A program made the position numbers and the translations under genes. The notes below the pieces were generated by a model. It was not told the DNA's origin. It was given only the letters and a program-made list of their open reading frames with translations, and ran no database searches. DNA of 64,000 nucleotides from the IMG/VR virus record IMGVR_UViG_3300025109_000005. One strand, 5' to 3'. This stretch comes from an uncultured virus (IMG/VR IMGVR_UViG_3300025109_000005) (lineage: Duplodnaviria > Heunggongvirae > Uroviricota > Caudoviricetes). Below, piece by piece: positions 26,464 through 37,000 of this stretch; positions within the stretch are counted from its first letter, which is position 1; each line of letters opens with the position of its first letter.

Positions 26464-28095
26464 ATGAGTTACATCTTCCCCAAGCGCAGACTCCGCGACA
26501 AGGACGTGCTGGATCCGACCGAGCTGAATGAGGACGTTGCGCCTGCGGCAGAGCTCTACTCGGGAAAGCTGAACCAGCACAACTTCGAGACCGGTATCGA
26601 GCCGACTATCGCCAGTGAAGCCTACTGGAAGGTCTACCATCAGCAGCAGCACCAAGCTCCTGGGTGGAACACTTACAACAGTGGTACTAGGATGGACGAA
26701 GATCGAACCAACGGGATGCAGATCCCGAATGACGGCAGCTGGGCTCCAGTCGACGACATCACTCAGACGCTGACAACAACAAGCTCCAACCTGTGGATTC
26801 TCTCACAGGCACAGTATTTCTGGGTGGGTTTTCAGCTAAACAGTGGTGTCGCCATCCCTGGGTCCGCCGTAAGGCATGCGCACAGTCTTGGAACAAGACC
26901 CGCTCGAGTGCAGTTCGCGATTCGGGTCAACGGGAGCATTGTCGAGGGGACCACGACAGGTAAGTCCGATGTCTATGAGACGGTGCCTCAACCTTGGAGA
27001 CCCACAGACAATAGCCGTACTTTGTCTGATGACAAGGCAGGACCGGGCTCAGACTACACAGAGGATACAACGGCTCTCGGCCCTGAAGTTTTTCCTGTCC
27101 GTGTGATGGCGGTTTATCCGGTGCCCCCAGGAACGCACACGGTTGAGATGGTCTGTCGAAGACTCGCAAGAACTTCAGACGTAAGCCCTTATGCGATGAA
27201 AGATCGAGTTTACATTTATAACCGTCAGCTTGCTGTGGTCGATCTTCCGACATACGCAGCTGCGGCGACGACATTCTCTTTCGTAGACGCCCCCGCGTTT
27301 GAGGCGGAAGATGTAGTCTCTGCCGAGTCTCTGGGGACTGACCGCATCGACGCGGTAAGAGAGAAGCTCAATAGTGTCGAAGCAGGAGCGGCTGCTCGAG
27401 GTGCTTTCAACCACTATCACTTGCCGTCGATGATGGGCTCTGCGACTCAGCAGAAGACGCAGCCGACATCGGGATCACTCAGTGTAGGCATGAAAGCTGG
27501 GTACCCGGGATTTGGTCAGAGTGTGTTCTACCCGGACAGTTCCGACCCAAACATGGGCTGGATGCAAGTCAGTGATGGTGCAGGTACGTATCTCCAGAGC
27601 GATGCCATCACGATTACCGAGGACTCCACACTTATTGTTCTTGGAAATGTGCAACTGTTTGATGTCGGGGGCACTAAGCAAGCAGTGGATTCGCTCGCTT
27701 TTAAAAAAGCGTATGGGGCATACGCCTGTTTTTGCCTTGGCTATAAGAAAAGTGGTGACGCGGCACCAACGATTGCACGTGCCACGGAGTCTTATATCAA
27801 TTCGTTCAACACTAGCTGGGGAGACTTGGCGATCAACCCTGGATCTTACGATATTTCTGGGAGTGACGAGTACACTGGCCCTGCTTTGAGCAACGGCGCA
27901 GAGTGTGTCAACGTACCGTTGATGTGGGTCATGAAGTTCGGCCAAGGTGAGACGTTCAGTTTCAGCGATGCTCTGGACTACATCACGATTTTCGGATCGA
28001 GTCGGATAGACGGGTTTCACTCTGCAGCGAATCTACCCGATGTTGAAATAGGTCGAGCGAACTTGATTGTCCTTCACTTGAAGAAGGGGAGTTGA
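26464..28095 (+). CDS. Tail fibre/spike-like virion protein
   Basis: N-terminal D.DVLDPTELNED anchor-type motif; beta-rich; lower-GC 3' half. Confidence 0.55.
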   Translation: MSYIFPKRRLRDKDVLDPTELNEDVAPAAELYSGKLNQHNFETGIEPTIASEAYWKVYHQQQHQAPGWNTYNSGTRMDEDRTNGMQIPNDGSWAPVDDITQTLTTTSSNLWILSQAQYFWVGFQLNSGVAIPGSAVRHAHSLGTRPARVQFAIRVNGSIVEGTTTGKSDVYETVPQPWRPTDNSRTLSDDKAGPGSDYTEDTTALGPEVFPVRVMAVYPVPPGTHTVEMVCRRLARTSDVSPYAMKDRVYIYNRQLAVVDLPTYAAAATTFSFVDAPAFEAEDVVSAESLGTDRIDAVREKLNSVEAGAAARGAFNHYHLPSMMGSATQQKTQPTSGSLSVGMKAGYPGFGQSVFYPDSSDPNMGWMQVSDGAGTYLQSDAITITEDSTLIVLGNVQLFDVGGTKQAVDSLAFKKAYGAYACFCLGYKKSGDAAPTIARATESYINSFNTSWGDLAINPGSYDISGSDEYTGPALSNGAECVNVPLMWVMKFGQGETFSFSDALDYITIFGSSRIDGFHSAANLPDVEIGRANLIVLHLKKGS

Positions 28096-28096
28096 C

Positions 28097-28900
28097 GTGG
28101 CTGGAATTCCTACCTCGTACACGTACACGGATGGCAGTGAACTCGACACAGACGGCCACAACACGAATGTGTACAGCACGGATTCCAGTGGTGAAGGTAT
28201 CATGTCAGAGGCGAATGGCGGCCTCGACGGAGCAAATCTCGACGCTGGATTCAAGGTCTACGCCGAGCACATCCAACCAGGTGAGGTCACGCAGGCTGCG
28301 CAGGAAGCGCATGTTGAAACCGTCGACTGCTGGCAAGATGTTTTTGCCCGCGCACCAGCGCAGTCCAACGATGTAGTCACAGTCACCGTAGACAACTGCG
28401 TACCTGTGCCGGGTTGCGGCATCAGGTTCTATCAACCGTACGCAGCCTCATACGCCCTGCTTTCGTTTTCGTTCTTTGTCTCGAATCACCGAGCCATCAC
28501 AGGGACGAATGCGGGCTCTCCGTCTGAGCCTGTGTTCAGTCTGGATTCAAGCGACGGACTTCTCCGCATGGGCGTTTTCGCTTGTCTCGATGGTACCATA
28601 ATCGACCACACACGTCGACGTCTTCCCAAGACGAATGCGATTTATGGTTACTCTGGTCCTGCACTCTTGCTTCCGGGTACGACAGGGGAAAAACGAGCGT
28701 CTGTCTGGTATGATATGTGTCACCTCGAGAGCAGTTTGAGCAAGGGCTACCATGACCTTCAACTGTATCTTTATATGGAAGAACTCGACGCTTCTCAGAA
28801 TCTTACGGTGTCTCGCGGAAAGAGTGTTGAGATCGTTGCTCGATTCTATCAGCGATGTTCCTTCGGAGTTCGTAGTGCTCGGGTCTTATCCTTCCTGTAG
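28097..28900 (+). CDS. Tail-associated virion protein
   Basis: YTYTDG..LD...HN...NGGLD.AN anchor-type N-terminus. Confidence 0.55.
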   Translation: MAGIPTSYTYTDGSELDTDGHNTNVYSTDSSGEGIMSEANGGLDGANLDAGFKVYAEHIQPGEVTQAAQEAHVETVDCWQDVFARAPAQSNDVVTVTVDNCVPVPGCGIRFYQPYAASYALLSFSFFVSNHRAITGTNAGSPSEPVFSLDSSDGLLRMGVFACLDGTIIDHTRRRLPKTNAIYGYSGPALLLPGTTGEKRASVWYDMCHLESSLSKGYHDLQLYLYMEELDASQNLTVSRGKSVEIVARFYQRCSFGVRSARVLSFL

Positions 28901-28926
28901 AGTTATACTGATCTACGAGGTGTGAG

Positions 28927-29586
28927 ATGGCCGATAATCCTTTAACCGGTGCCACGATACAGGAACCAGAAAAAGACGCTGCGACGGGCGGAACCGCCGC
29001 GTTGACAGGTGCCGCTCCTGCACTCACTGCATTGGGCAAGAGTGCCTTAGATATTGGCAAGGTAGGAGCCGCACAGGCACTGGCTGCTGCCCCCGCGTAC
29101 TTCTCCAAGCCTGCTCGTGAGTCTCGTGCAGAGTATCGGGACCTTCTCGACGCACAGAAGGCGGGCAAGCTCGGCTGGACGCCCCAGCAGAAGCGCCAGA
29201 TGATGGGAGAAGCTCTTCGGGCGAGTCAGGCTTCGACCAAGGACATCGAGGCGAAGCTTCGACGCGAAGCGGCTGCGCTGGGTGGTACGGGTCGGTCTGG
29301 TCGTCCGCAAGAGGTTATCGCGAAGATTGCCAAGCAGGCGCTGGAGGTCATCCCCCAGGTCGCTGCCAAGGCTGAACTTCTCTCGCAGCAGCAGACCAAG
29401 GACCTCACAGGCAAGATCAGTCAAATGACGGAGTCGAGGCGCAGAGAGCTCAAGGAAGACTTGACTCAGGGAATGGCGCTGGCGCTGAAGGAAGGGGCGC
29501 CTACGACCAAGGAAAAGGCGGAGGAATACGCCAAGTTCAAGGCTGTACTTGATGCGTTAGAGGCCCAAGAGGCAGAGACTGCATAG
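28927..29586 (+). CDS. Internal virion (ejection) protein, putative
   Basis: Ala/Gly-rich N-terminus followed by a helical region; first of a set of genes after the tail genes. Confidence 0.55.
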   Translation: MADNPLTGATIQEPEKDAATGGTAALTGAAPALTALGKSALDIGKVGAAQALAAAPAYFSKPARESRAEYRDLLDAQKAGKLGWTPQQKRQMMGEALRASQASTKDIEAKLRREAAALGGTGRSGRPQEVIAKIAKQALEVIPQVAAKAELLSQQQTKDLTGKISQMTESRRRELKEDLTQGMALALKEGAPTTKEKAEEYAKFKAVLDALEAQEAETA

Positions 29587-29598
29587 GGAGTAGCGACG

Positions 29599-32500
29599 AT
29601 GAGCTTCTGGGACGACTACATGTTGATACACGGATGGTCGGCCCGGAGTGCGTCCACGCCCACGAGTGAAGCCGAGCACCTGAAGTTCGAGGGTGTTCTT
29701 GTCACTCAGCTTGCTAACTTGGAGAAGGGCATCAACACAGCCTTCTCACATGAGCGCATCGCGCAGTTGAAGGCTGGGGCGAAGATTCGCGCCGAACGTA
29801 TCCGGGCCGAGACCAATCTCGCGAAGGTCGATGTCACTGACCGCAACGGTGTTCGCAGTGCCATGGCTCGGATGCACTCGGCTTTGGTCAGGACACAAGA
29901 TGACCTCCAGAAGTCGGCGACACATAGGAATGAAGTGCTTATCAGCGCGTCTGTCAATGCGGGTCGACGGGGCATCGGTCCCGGCTTTGACGCATTTTTC
30001 AACGACAAGTCTGGAACAGCCGCGTCTCCGGGCAGTCGATTGCGTACGAATGAGACGACGGCGACGTGGGAGACCCTCATCGACCGAATCGGTGACGACA
30101 AAGTCAGAATCACCGAAGACGGAGGCATCGAGATCGCTGAAGGCACCGGGATGGGCCCCGGCTTGATCGCGAGGATTCAGGATTTCCACAATCATTATCA
30201 ACGGCTCAAGCAGAATCAGACCACGTTGCTCAGTGACGTTAGGTCAGACATCGCTGAAGTCGACGCTGAGATGGAGACTGTGAGCCGCGACGTGGGAGAT
30301 GCGGAAGTCGCGGCTGCCCTGGGTAGAGTTCGGTCGATTGCGACAAGAGCGAACAACGCCATTGACGAGTCTCCTGTAGCAAGTGGTGAGATGGCTGCGG
30401 AAGAGCTCAACGAGTTCTACGAGAAGACCAAGCTTCAACAGACGCTGATGGCGCGCCTGGAGGATATACAGTCGACGGCTGGGGGAGACCCGAAGCGCGC
30501 ACTGCTCAAGCAGTTCGTCGGTCGGGACGCAGCACAGCAGTGGGCCAAGGATCGGGGACTGTCCATCGGATACGTCGATGATGCCGGTAACTACGTCGCG
30601 GGTCGACACGACATGCGGGCTGCCATGCAGTTTGGGTGGGAAGCCACTCGAGGTGTGGCTGAGGGAGGCAAGCAGGCTCGGTACGGTGTCGGCATGCGCC
30701 GTCCCACCGACGAGTGGGTCAGAGTGACAATGGGCTACAGCCCAGAAGACCAGGAGACGTTCCGCCATAGCGATGGCGGCTATGTCATGCGAGACGGTCA
30801 ACCTGCTACCGAGGCTGAGCTCGCAGAGCGGGGTCTGGTCCCTACGTTTTATCGGCTCGGAAATTCATTCACACAACCACTCGGGATTGTTGATCCGCTT
30901 TTTGTCGACAATGAGGGTCGGTGGTATGGGGTTGATGACGAAAGCGGCAACTACGTTCAGATAACGGATCGACGCACTGCAGCCTTCTTCGACACTGAGT
31001 ACTACGGTACGGATGACGCTGGAAATCCTTTGTACGACAATGAGCCGTTGGCGGCTAAGGAGCCAGTGGTAATTCGCGACAGCGTCACGGAAAAGCTGCG
31101 CTATATGCGGCCTGAAGAAGGCGCGAACATTGCAGTTGTAGATGAGAGCGGTCGACCTCTTTTTGTGCATGAAGACATACAGGCTGACGAAGCTGCTCAG
31201 CTCGTGCACAGGGACAACAATCTGGAGCGTTTAGACACTCTTCCTGCTACTCGTGAGGTGAGGGGTCGCAGGATGAAGATGCATGGCGCGGACCTGACGA
31301 AGTACGGTGCAGGTGCCCGGCGTATTCGTGATGAGCTCACTGGGCGGGAAGAGATCGTCGACATCAACGACCCCACGGTCACGTACCAGGTCACTGCCGA
31401 AGAGCCCCTCGGTGTGACGGGCTTTCCCAGTAGCGTCAAGACTGAGCGCGACGTCAGGGTGCGTACCCGTCGAGACGAAGTACGCAAGCGCCAAGAAGAA
31501 GCCGAAGCCGAAGTCGATGTCGGTGTCGATGTCGAAGACGGCGGCTATGTGGATGTTGTGGATGGTGTGCCTCAAGAGGATCCTCTTGATGAAGACGCTC
31601 CCGCAGAGCGACCAGAGACCTGGCAGAGACGCGCCCTGGAGAAGCTGTTTGGCGTGGTCAGACCCGAGTCTCGCTTCAAGGGTGCTCGCACGGAGCTTGA
31701 AGAGGATTGGGAGCCTCCGGCAGAGGATTTTGAGAATCTTCCACTTCTTCCGCCTCCAGGCACAGATATTGATATTGAAGATGAGGCGCCGCCTTTCGGG
31801 GATGAACTCGAGGCGTCGAGAGAAGACACGCTTGAGGATCTTCAGAAGCTCATTAATGCGTACAATTACTCAGAAGCCACGCCCATCATCAAGGGCGCGA
31901 TCAAGAAAGCGCTCGAGGATAAGGTATGGCCCCTTGATCCCGGAAGCGACTTGGCGGTCGCTTTTGCTGAGATTGTCCGCCCCGTCGAAGAACCTGAAGT
32001 TGCCGAGCCGTCTGCCGAGACTGAGGTAGCTGCCGTCGAGGAGCCTGCAGAGGAAGCCCTGCCTGACCTCGAGCCCCTCTCGAAGACTGAAAAAGCCGAG
32101 CTGTATGGTAAACCAGAAGCGCCTCCGCGAGCGCGGGGGTGGTTTGGTAAGGTACTTGGGCGAAAGGGTATGGGAGAAGCTGAGGTAAGTGAGGACGTTT
32201 CTGTGCCTGACTACGACCCAGCACAGGCTGAAGCATTTCGTCAGTGGGTGACACACAAGCACCCCGATAAGAAGTACGAGACGGAAGAAGGCTTGGCGTG
32301 GGTACCTCTTCCTGGGGGCGAAGAGAACGCAGAAGACCCGATACTTCAAGCTGCGTGGGCTGACTATGGACAAGAGTTCAAGCGGCATGTTGCTGAAAAA
32401 GCTCGTCTTGCCATGCTCGCGAGTCTCGAGGAGCCGTCAACAGTCTCGCCAGATGCTTCGGAAGCACCCCCGCCAGTACCTACGCCAGCGGAGACTCCCT

Positions 32501-32733
32501 CAGTGACTCAGAGGGAACGACCACTAACTAGGGAGCAGAAGCGTACAGCGAAGGCGGGGGAGGGAGAGCTGCTCAGCGAAGAGGCTCAAGTCACGCCAGG
32601 GGAGCCTCTCGTTCCCACACGCTTTGCCAAATTCATGGATCGCCTTGACGGTCTCCCTCGTCCCAAGAAGAAAAAGAAGGAAGGGGAGACGGTAGAGGAA
32701 GAGACCGAGCAAGTCGTGGCGGGGAGGCAGTAA
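29599..32733 (+). CDS. Large internal virion protein, putative
   Basis: 1044-aa ORF; helical N-terminus, acidic Pro-rich C-terminus. Confidence 0.6.
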   Translation: MSFWDDYMLIHGWSARSASTPTSEAEHLKFEGVLVTQLANLEKGINTAFSHERIAQLKAGAKIRAERIRAETNLAKVDVTDRNGVRSAMARMHSALVRTQDDLQKSATHRNEVLISASVNAGRRGIGPGFDAFFNDKSGTAASPGSRLRTNETTATWETLIDRIGDDKVRITEDGGIEIAEGTGMGPGLIARIQDFHNHYQRLKQNQTTLLSDVRSDIAEVDAEMETVSRDVGDAEVAAALGRVRSIATRANNAIDESPVASGEMAAEELNEFYEKTKLQQTLMARLEDIQSTAGGDPKRALLKQFVGRDAAQQWAKDRGLSIGYVDDAGNYVAGRHDMRAAMQFGWEATRGVAEGGKQARYGVGMRRPTDEWVRVTMGYSPEDQETFRHSDGGYVMRDGQPATEAELAERGLVPTFYRLGNSFTQPLGIVDPLFVDNEGRWYGVDDESGNYVQITDRRTAAFFDTEYYGTDDAGNPLYDNEPLAAKEPVVIRDSVTEKLRYMRPEEGANIAVVDESGRPLFVHEDIQADEAAQLVHRDNNLERLDTLPATREVRGRRMKMHGADLTKYGAGARRIRDELTGREEIVDINDPTVTYQVTAEEPLGVTGFPSSVKTERDVRVRTRRDEVRKRQEEAEAEVDVGVDVEDGGYVDVVDGVPQEDPLDEDAPAERPETWQRRALEKLFGVVRPESRFKGARTELEEDWEPPAEDFENLPLLPPPGTDIDIEDEAPPFGDELEASREDTLEDLQKLINAYNYSEATPIIKGAIKKALEDKVWPLDPGSDLAVAFAEIVRPVEEPEVAEPSAETEVAAVEEPAEEALPDLEPLSKTEKAELYGKPEAPPRARGWFGKVLGRKGMGEAEVSEDVSVPDYDPAQAEAFRQWVTHKHPDKKYETEEGLAWVPLPGGEENAEDPILQAAWADYGQEFKRHVAEKARLAMLASLEEPSTVSPDASEAPPPVPTPAETPSVTQRERPLTREQKRTAKAGEGELLSEEAQVTPGEPLVPTRFAKFMDRLDGLPRPKKKKKEGETVEEETEQVVAGRQ

Positions 32734-34004
32734 TGGGAACGGACCAGTATAAAGTGGCTCCTGCAGAATTCGTTGAGCCTTCTACGCTCGGAAAAAGCAC
32801 AGCGGGACTGTCGGTGGAGTCAGCCGCTACACCGGCCACCACCACACCAGCCGCAGGCACACCAGCCACCGGCACACCAGGCACCAAGACTCGAAAGGTC
32901 GAGCCGGAGGCTGTGGCTGCTGCGGCAGAGCCCGAGCTTACGATGGAGCCTACGCCGAAAGCTCTGGAGAAAGCTGCGAAAAAGCACAAAGATTACGAGG
33001 AAGGCCTTGTTCGTCTGGGGAAAATCAGAGAAGGCGTTAAGGCAGATCCGCTGTCTTCTTCGGTCCCAGAACTCGGGCGCAAGAAAGTCGAAGAAGAATA
33101 CGGTAAAATCGTCAAGAAGTATGGTGACGAGGGGCCTCTAGGGATTGCCTTTCCTCCGCTTGGAGAGCCGCCTGAATCTATCGTCAAGGCTGGTGAGCCG
33201 CCAGAGGTGGTGGCGGGTAGCGCTGCAACACGTCTTTTCGCAGGCTACGGCGATTACGCAGCTCCCGCAAAAATGGAGGAAGCCGATGACACTTGGCTCG
33301 ATGCTGACTGGGCGTATCAAGATTTTGGGAAGCTGGGAGAGACGTTTGACTGGGTGTCCGTTCCGCTTGCAACGAAATATCAAATCGCCGTGAATGATCG
33401 CGCTGAGTCTTTGATCACGGTGCTTGATCGGATGAGCCGCGCTTCTGGATATGCGACAAATCCTCGATATGCCTCAACAGATCAGATTGAAGAGTTCAAG
33501 CAGCGCAGGGCTGCTCTTGAAAGAGAGTTGGGTAGGCTTCGTAGAAATTCTGAGTCTGCAGAGCAGTTTCTCGAGCACATGAGGAAAAACGCAGAGAGAG
33601 CAGGTTTGACCAAGCAGTATGAGAGCGTGCGTAAGTCGCTGGCACAACCCGAAATCGCGTCGACAGCAACACCTACGGGAGCGCTTGAGGAGGCACCAAA
33701 GGCGGAGCAGGTACCTCCCGCGAAGTCGGCGGCACAGATTTGGACCGCGGTAGAAGGAAAGGGCGCAGACAGTGTGCCGTTGTTGCGCGCGCTTTCCGGG
33801 GACCCGGAAAGACTACGCGATATTGCTCGTGTTTACGAGACTGCGTATGGAGAGTCTCTGGTTGATCGCATTCAAGCAGAGCATGCCGAAGCTACGTACC
33901 TCAAGTCGACAGGGGCTGAGCCTCGATACTGGGGAGAAGATCCTGTTCCCGTTGAGGCTTTGGGCAAGATCCTTGCCCTGTTGAGTGACGCAGGGGTTTC
34001 GTAG
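32733..34004 (+). CDS. Internal virion protein with a C-terminal annexin-like repeat
   Basis: AAQIWTAVEGKGADSVPLLRAL...LRDIARVYETAYGESLVDRIQAE. Confidence 0.6.
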   Translation: MGTDQYKVAPAEFVEPSTLGKSTAGLSVESAATPATTTPAAGTPATGTPGTKTRKVEPEAVAAAAEPELTMEPTPKALEKAAKKHKDYEEGLVRLGKIREGVKADPLSSSVPELGRKKVEEEYGKIVKKYGDEGPLGIAFPPLGEPPESIVKAGEPPEVVAGSAATRLFAGYGDYAAPAKMEEADDTWLDADWAYQDFGKLGETFDWVSVPLATKYQIAVNDRAESLITVLDRMSRASGYATNPRYASTDQIEEFKQRRAALERELGRLRRNSESAEQFLEHMRKNAERAGLTKQYESVRKSLAQPEIASTATPTGALEEAPKAEQVPPAKSAAQIWTAVEGKGADSVPLLRALSGDPERLRDIARVYETAYGESLVDRIQAEHAEATYLKSTGAEPRYWGEDPVPVEALGKILALLSDAGVS

Positions 34005-37000
34005 TGGCTGAGCCGACGACGGAGACGCCAATCCGCGACATCCCCCCTGTCTCTGAGGAGGTCCTGGGGAAGATCGAGGAGTCGATGGAGCCCGAGATCG
34101 ACCTCGATGTTGATCAGCTCATCAATACGACGCTGAGAGCGCGGCAAGCGGCGGTTACGAGCCCTGAGTCGGCTCGGCGGCAAGAAGACGCCCTCTCGGA
34201 GGGAAAGGAAATCAGCTACCCGAAGAGCATCGGCGCTGTGATCCCGTGGCACGCGAAGAGCCTCGGCCTATCGGAGGATGATCTCTGGCGGGCGGCGCGA
34301 AAGCAGGGTGTGCCCCTCGATGACCTGGTGGACCTCGTCGGTCGGAAGAACAAGACCCCCGAAGAGGCCAGGAAGATCGTAGCTGCTCGAGGCGTCACTG
34401 CGGTGATGCCCGAGGACATCCGGCACGTCAAGGAGAAGGGCAAGGTCATCCGTGAGGCAGCTGCCCAGAGAACGGCCATCAGAGAGGGAATCGACCTCAA
34501 TACGGCTCGCCGCAGGTTCATGCCCAGCGCAGACGAGTATGTCATCAGCGAAGCCACAGGCGGTCTCATGGGGACCGAGGCCAAGGGTGCCGAGGACATC
34601 GCCCAAGCAGGCGAGTTCGGTCACACGATGGCGCTCATCGAAGAGTCGAAGAAGGCGAAGTCCACAGACAAGGACATGCAGGATCTCATCGAGCTGAGAG
34701 AGACGCTCAGTGGAGACCTGCTCGGCTGGTCGAAGTACAAAGACCTCTACGTGAATCAGCGCATGCGCAACCTGGGCCTCTCCGAGCACGGCACCGAGTG
34801 GGAGAAGGAGAAGTCCAGATTCGAGAAGGCTGCGCTCAAGGACCTGGCGATGATGAAGACAGCGGGGCTCTGGACAGCTCCCATCTTCGTGCCGATTGGC
34901 TTCGACGAACAGGGCAGACTCAATCTACCCTCGGCAGAGAACAAGTCGTGGAGTCAGGCGTTCATGCCCATCGTCGAGATCGTCGGCGTCAACAACGAAG
35001 GACAGGTCGTCCTGCGCCAGGAGAGTGGCCTGAAGTGGTTCTTCGAGCTGATGGACACCCCGGAGAAGTTGATTGCGGGGGCTGTCACGAAGAAGGAAAC
35101 CGAGAGCCTTCTCGACGCGATGAAGCGTGCCGTTGCCGAGCGTAGGAACCTGTTCACGACCCTCGGGGAGTCCGAGGCAGCCAAGGTAGGGGGCAAGTGG
35201 ACGTCGATACCGATGGGCTTGGTCGGGTTCGGCGCGTCTGTGTTGACACCAGATCTACTGCTGGGTGCTGTGGCTGTGTCAAAGCTCGGCAGCCGTATCC
35301 TCAAGTTCAAGGGCTCAGCGAAAGACGCGGCAGAGGCGGCGAGTGAGCTCGGAAAAGTCATCAAGAGCCTCTCTGATGGAGACCCGGAAGCGCTCAAGAC
35401 AGCGGCAATGCTCGAGGCCAATCTCTTCAAGGACCCGAAGTATGGCGACACAGTCATGCGAGACGTCGATGCGATTGGGTCGGTGCTCGCGAGTACGGCG
35501 AACAATGACGACATCTTGTCAGTGGGAGCCAGGGCACTGAACGATCTGCTGCCTTCACGCCTTCAAGGTGAGTGGCTCCACGCACACCCAGCATCTCTTC
35601 GAGTGATCAAGACAACCGAAGAAGGCGATGTGCTTACGCGCAGAGATCGGATCTTCGGATTTCACACCAAACGCGAAAAGTTGGAGTCCGCCAAGCAAGC
35701 GCTCAATAACCCGGCAACGCGCGCACAGCTACTCGATACAGCTTTTTTGAAGTCGCTCAAGGAAGCCGACTATGCAAAGGGGCTCGGTGAGGCCACTGCG
35801 GCGAAGCTCAAGGCGATTCTCGTCGGTGGCCCGAAGCCCGGTCTGATGGCGGACTTTCTCACGGACGCCGAGAAGGCAAAGAAGGCGATTGTCGAGCGGC
35901 TCAAGCTGAAGGACGCAAAAGAGGTGGTGGCTCTTGAGAAGCGACTCGATGATCTTGCTGCCAAGGCAGGCGCCTTCGCCGTAGACGAGGACAACTACGT
36001 TGCGGTCGGCAAGCTGTTGTCCAGGGTGGAGGACGCGCTCGACCTGAACATCGAGATTCGGGCAGGCGCGCACCTCATGGCGCGGAAGCTGCTCATGGAC
36101 AAGTTCAATCTCGAGTACACCGAGATTGCGTCGAACATCTACAAGAAGTTCCAGCACTACTTCGAGGTCTCTCCCGAAGGCCACCAGTTCTCGCGGATTC
36201 TACAGAAGAACTTCAAGGTCAGCCCTGAGAGAGCCGACCAGTTTGCGCGCATACTCGACGCGAGAGCCGGGATGTGGCAGCGGAAGAACGGGCTGCCCAA
36301 GTCGGACTGGTGGAACACCCGGTTCCGTTTCAAAGAGGCAGAAGCGACCAAGAAGCCAGGTGCGCCTGAACCACCTCCCGCAACACCGCCTGTTGCTCCC
36401 GTATCACCTACCGCTCCCATAGTGCCCCCACAACTCTCTGGAGCGCCCCCACGACAGGCTCTCCCTGTGGTTGCTGCGAGAGAGTTGCCGACAGGACCAG
36501 ATGGTCAGGCGCTCAAGTTTGGGTCGCCCCGTGCTCGCATGGATGGACTGGAGCCGACTGTCCTGTGGGACCACATCGGTGGAATGAAGAAGGCCGAAGA
36601 CGTAGTCGAGTGGCTCACCAAGTACGGTGAGCTCGATGTCACGCGAGAACTCTGCAAGCGGATCAAGGGCCTCATCTCGAAGGACATCAACTTCAAGATC
36701 ACGTCGAGCCAGAGGGAGAGAGAGCTTCTGAAGCTTGACAAGCTCGGCTCTTATGACGCGAACGGCATAAAGATTTCAGGCGCAGGCTGGACCGATACGG
36801 GGCTCACAGAGCAGACTCTTGTACACGAGTTAATCCACGCTGCCACGTCCGCTGCGTTGCAGGCTGGTAAAAGAGAGTTCAAGGAAGGCGGTAACTGGGC
36901 TAGACGAGCACGCGCCGTAGCCTATAATGACCTGGATCGTCTCGCCGCCGAGGTCGTAGAGTACGCAAAGAACCAGCTCAAGAAGCCGGATCTCCCGTCG

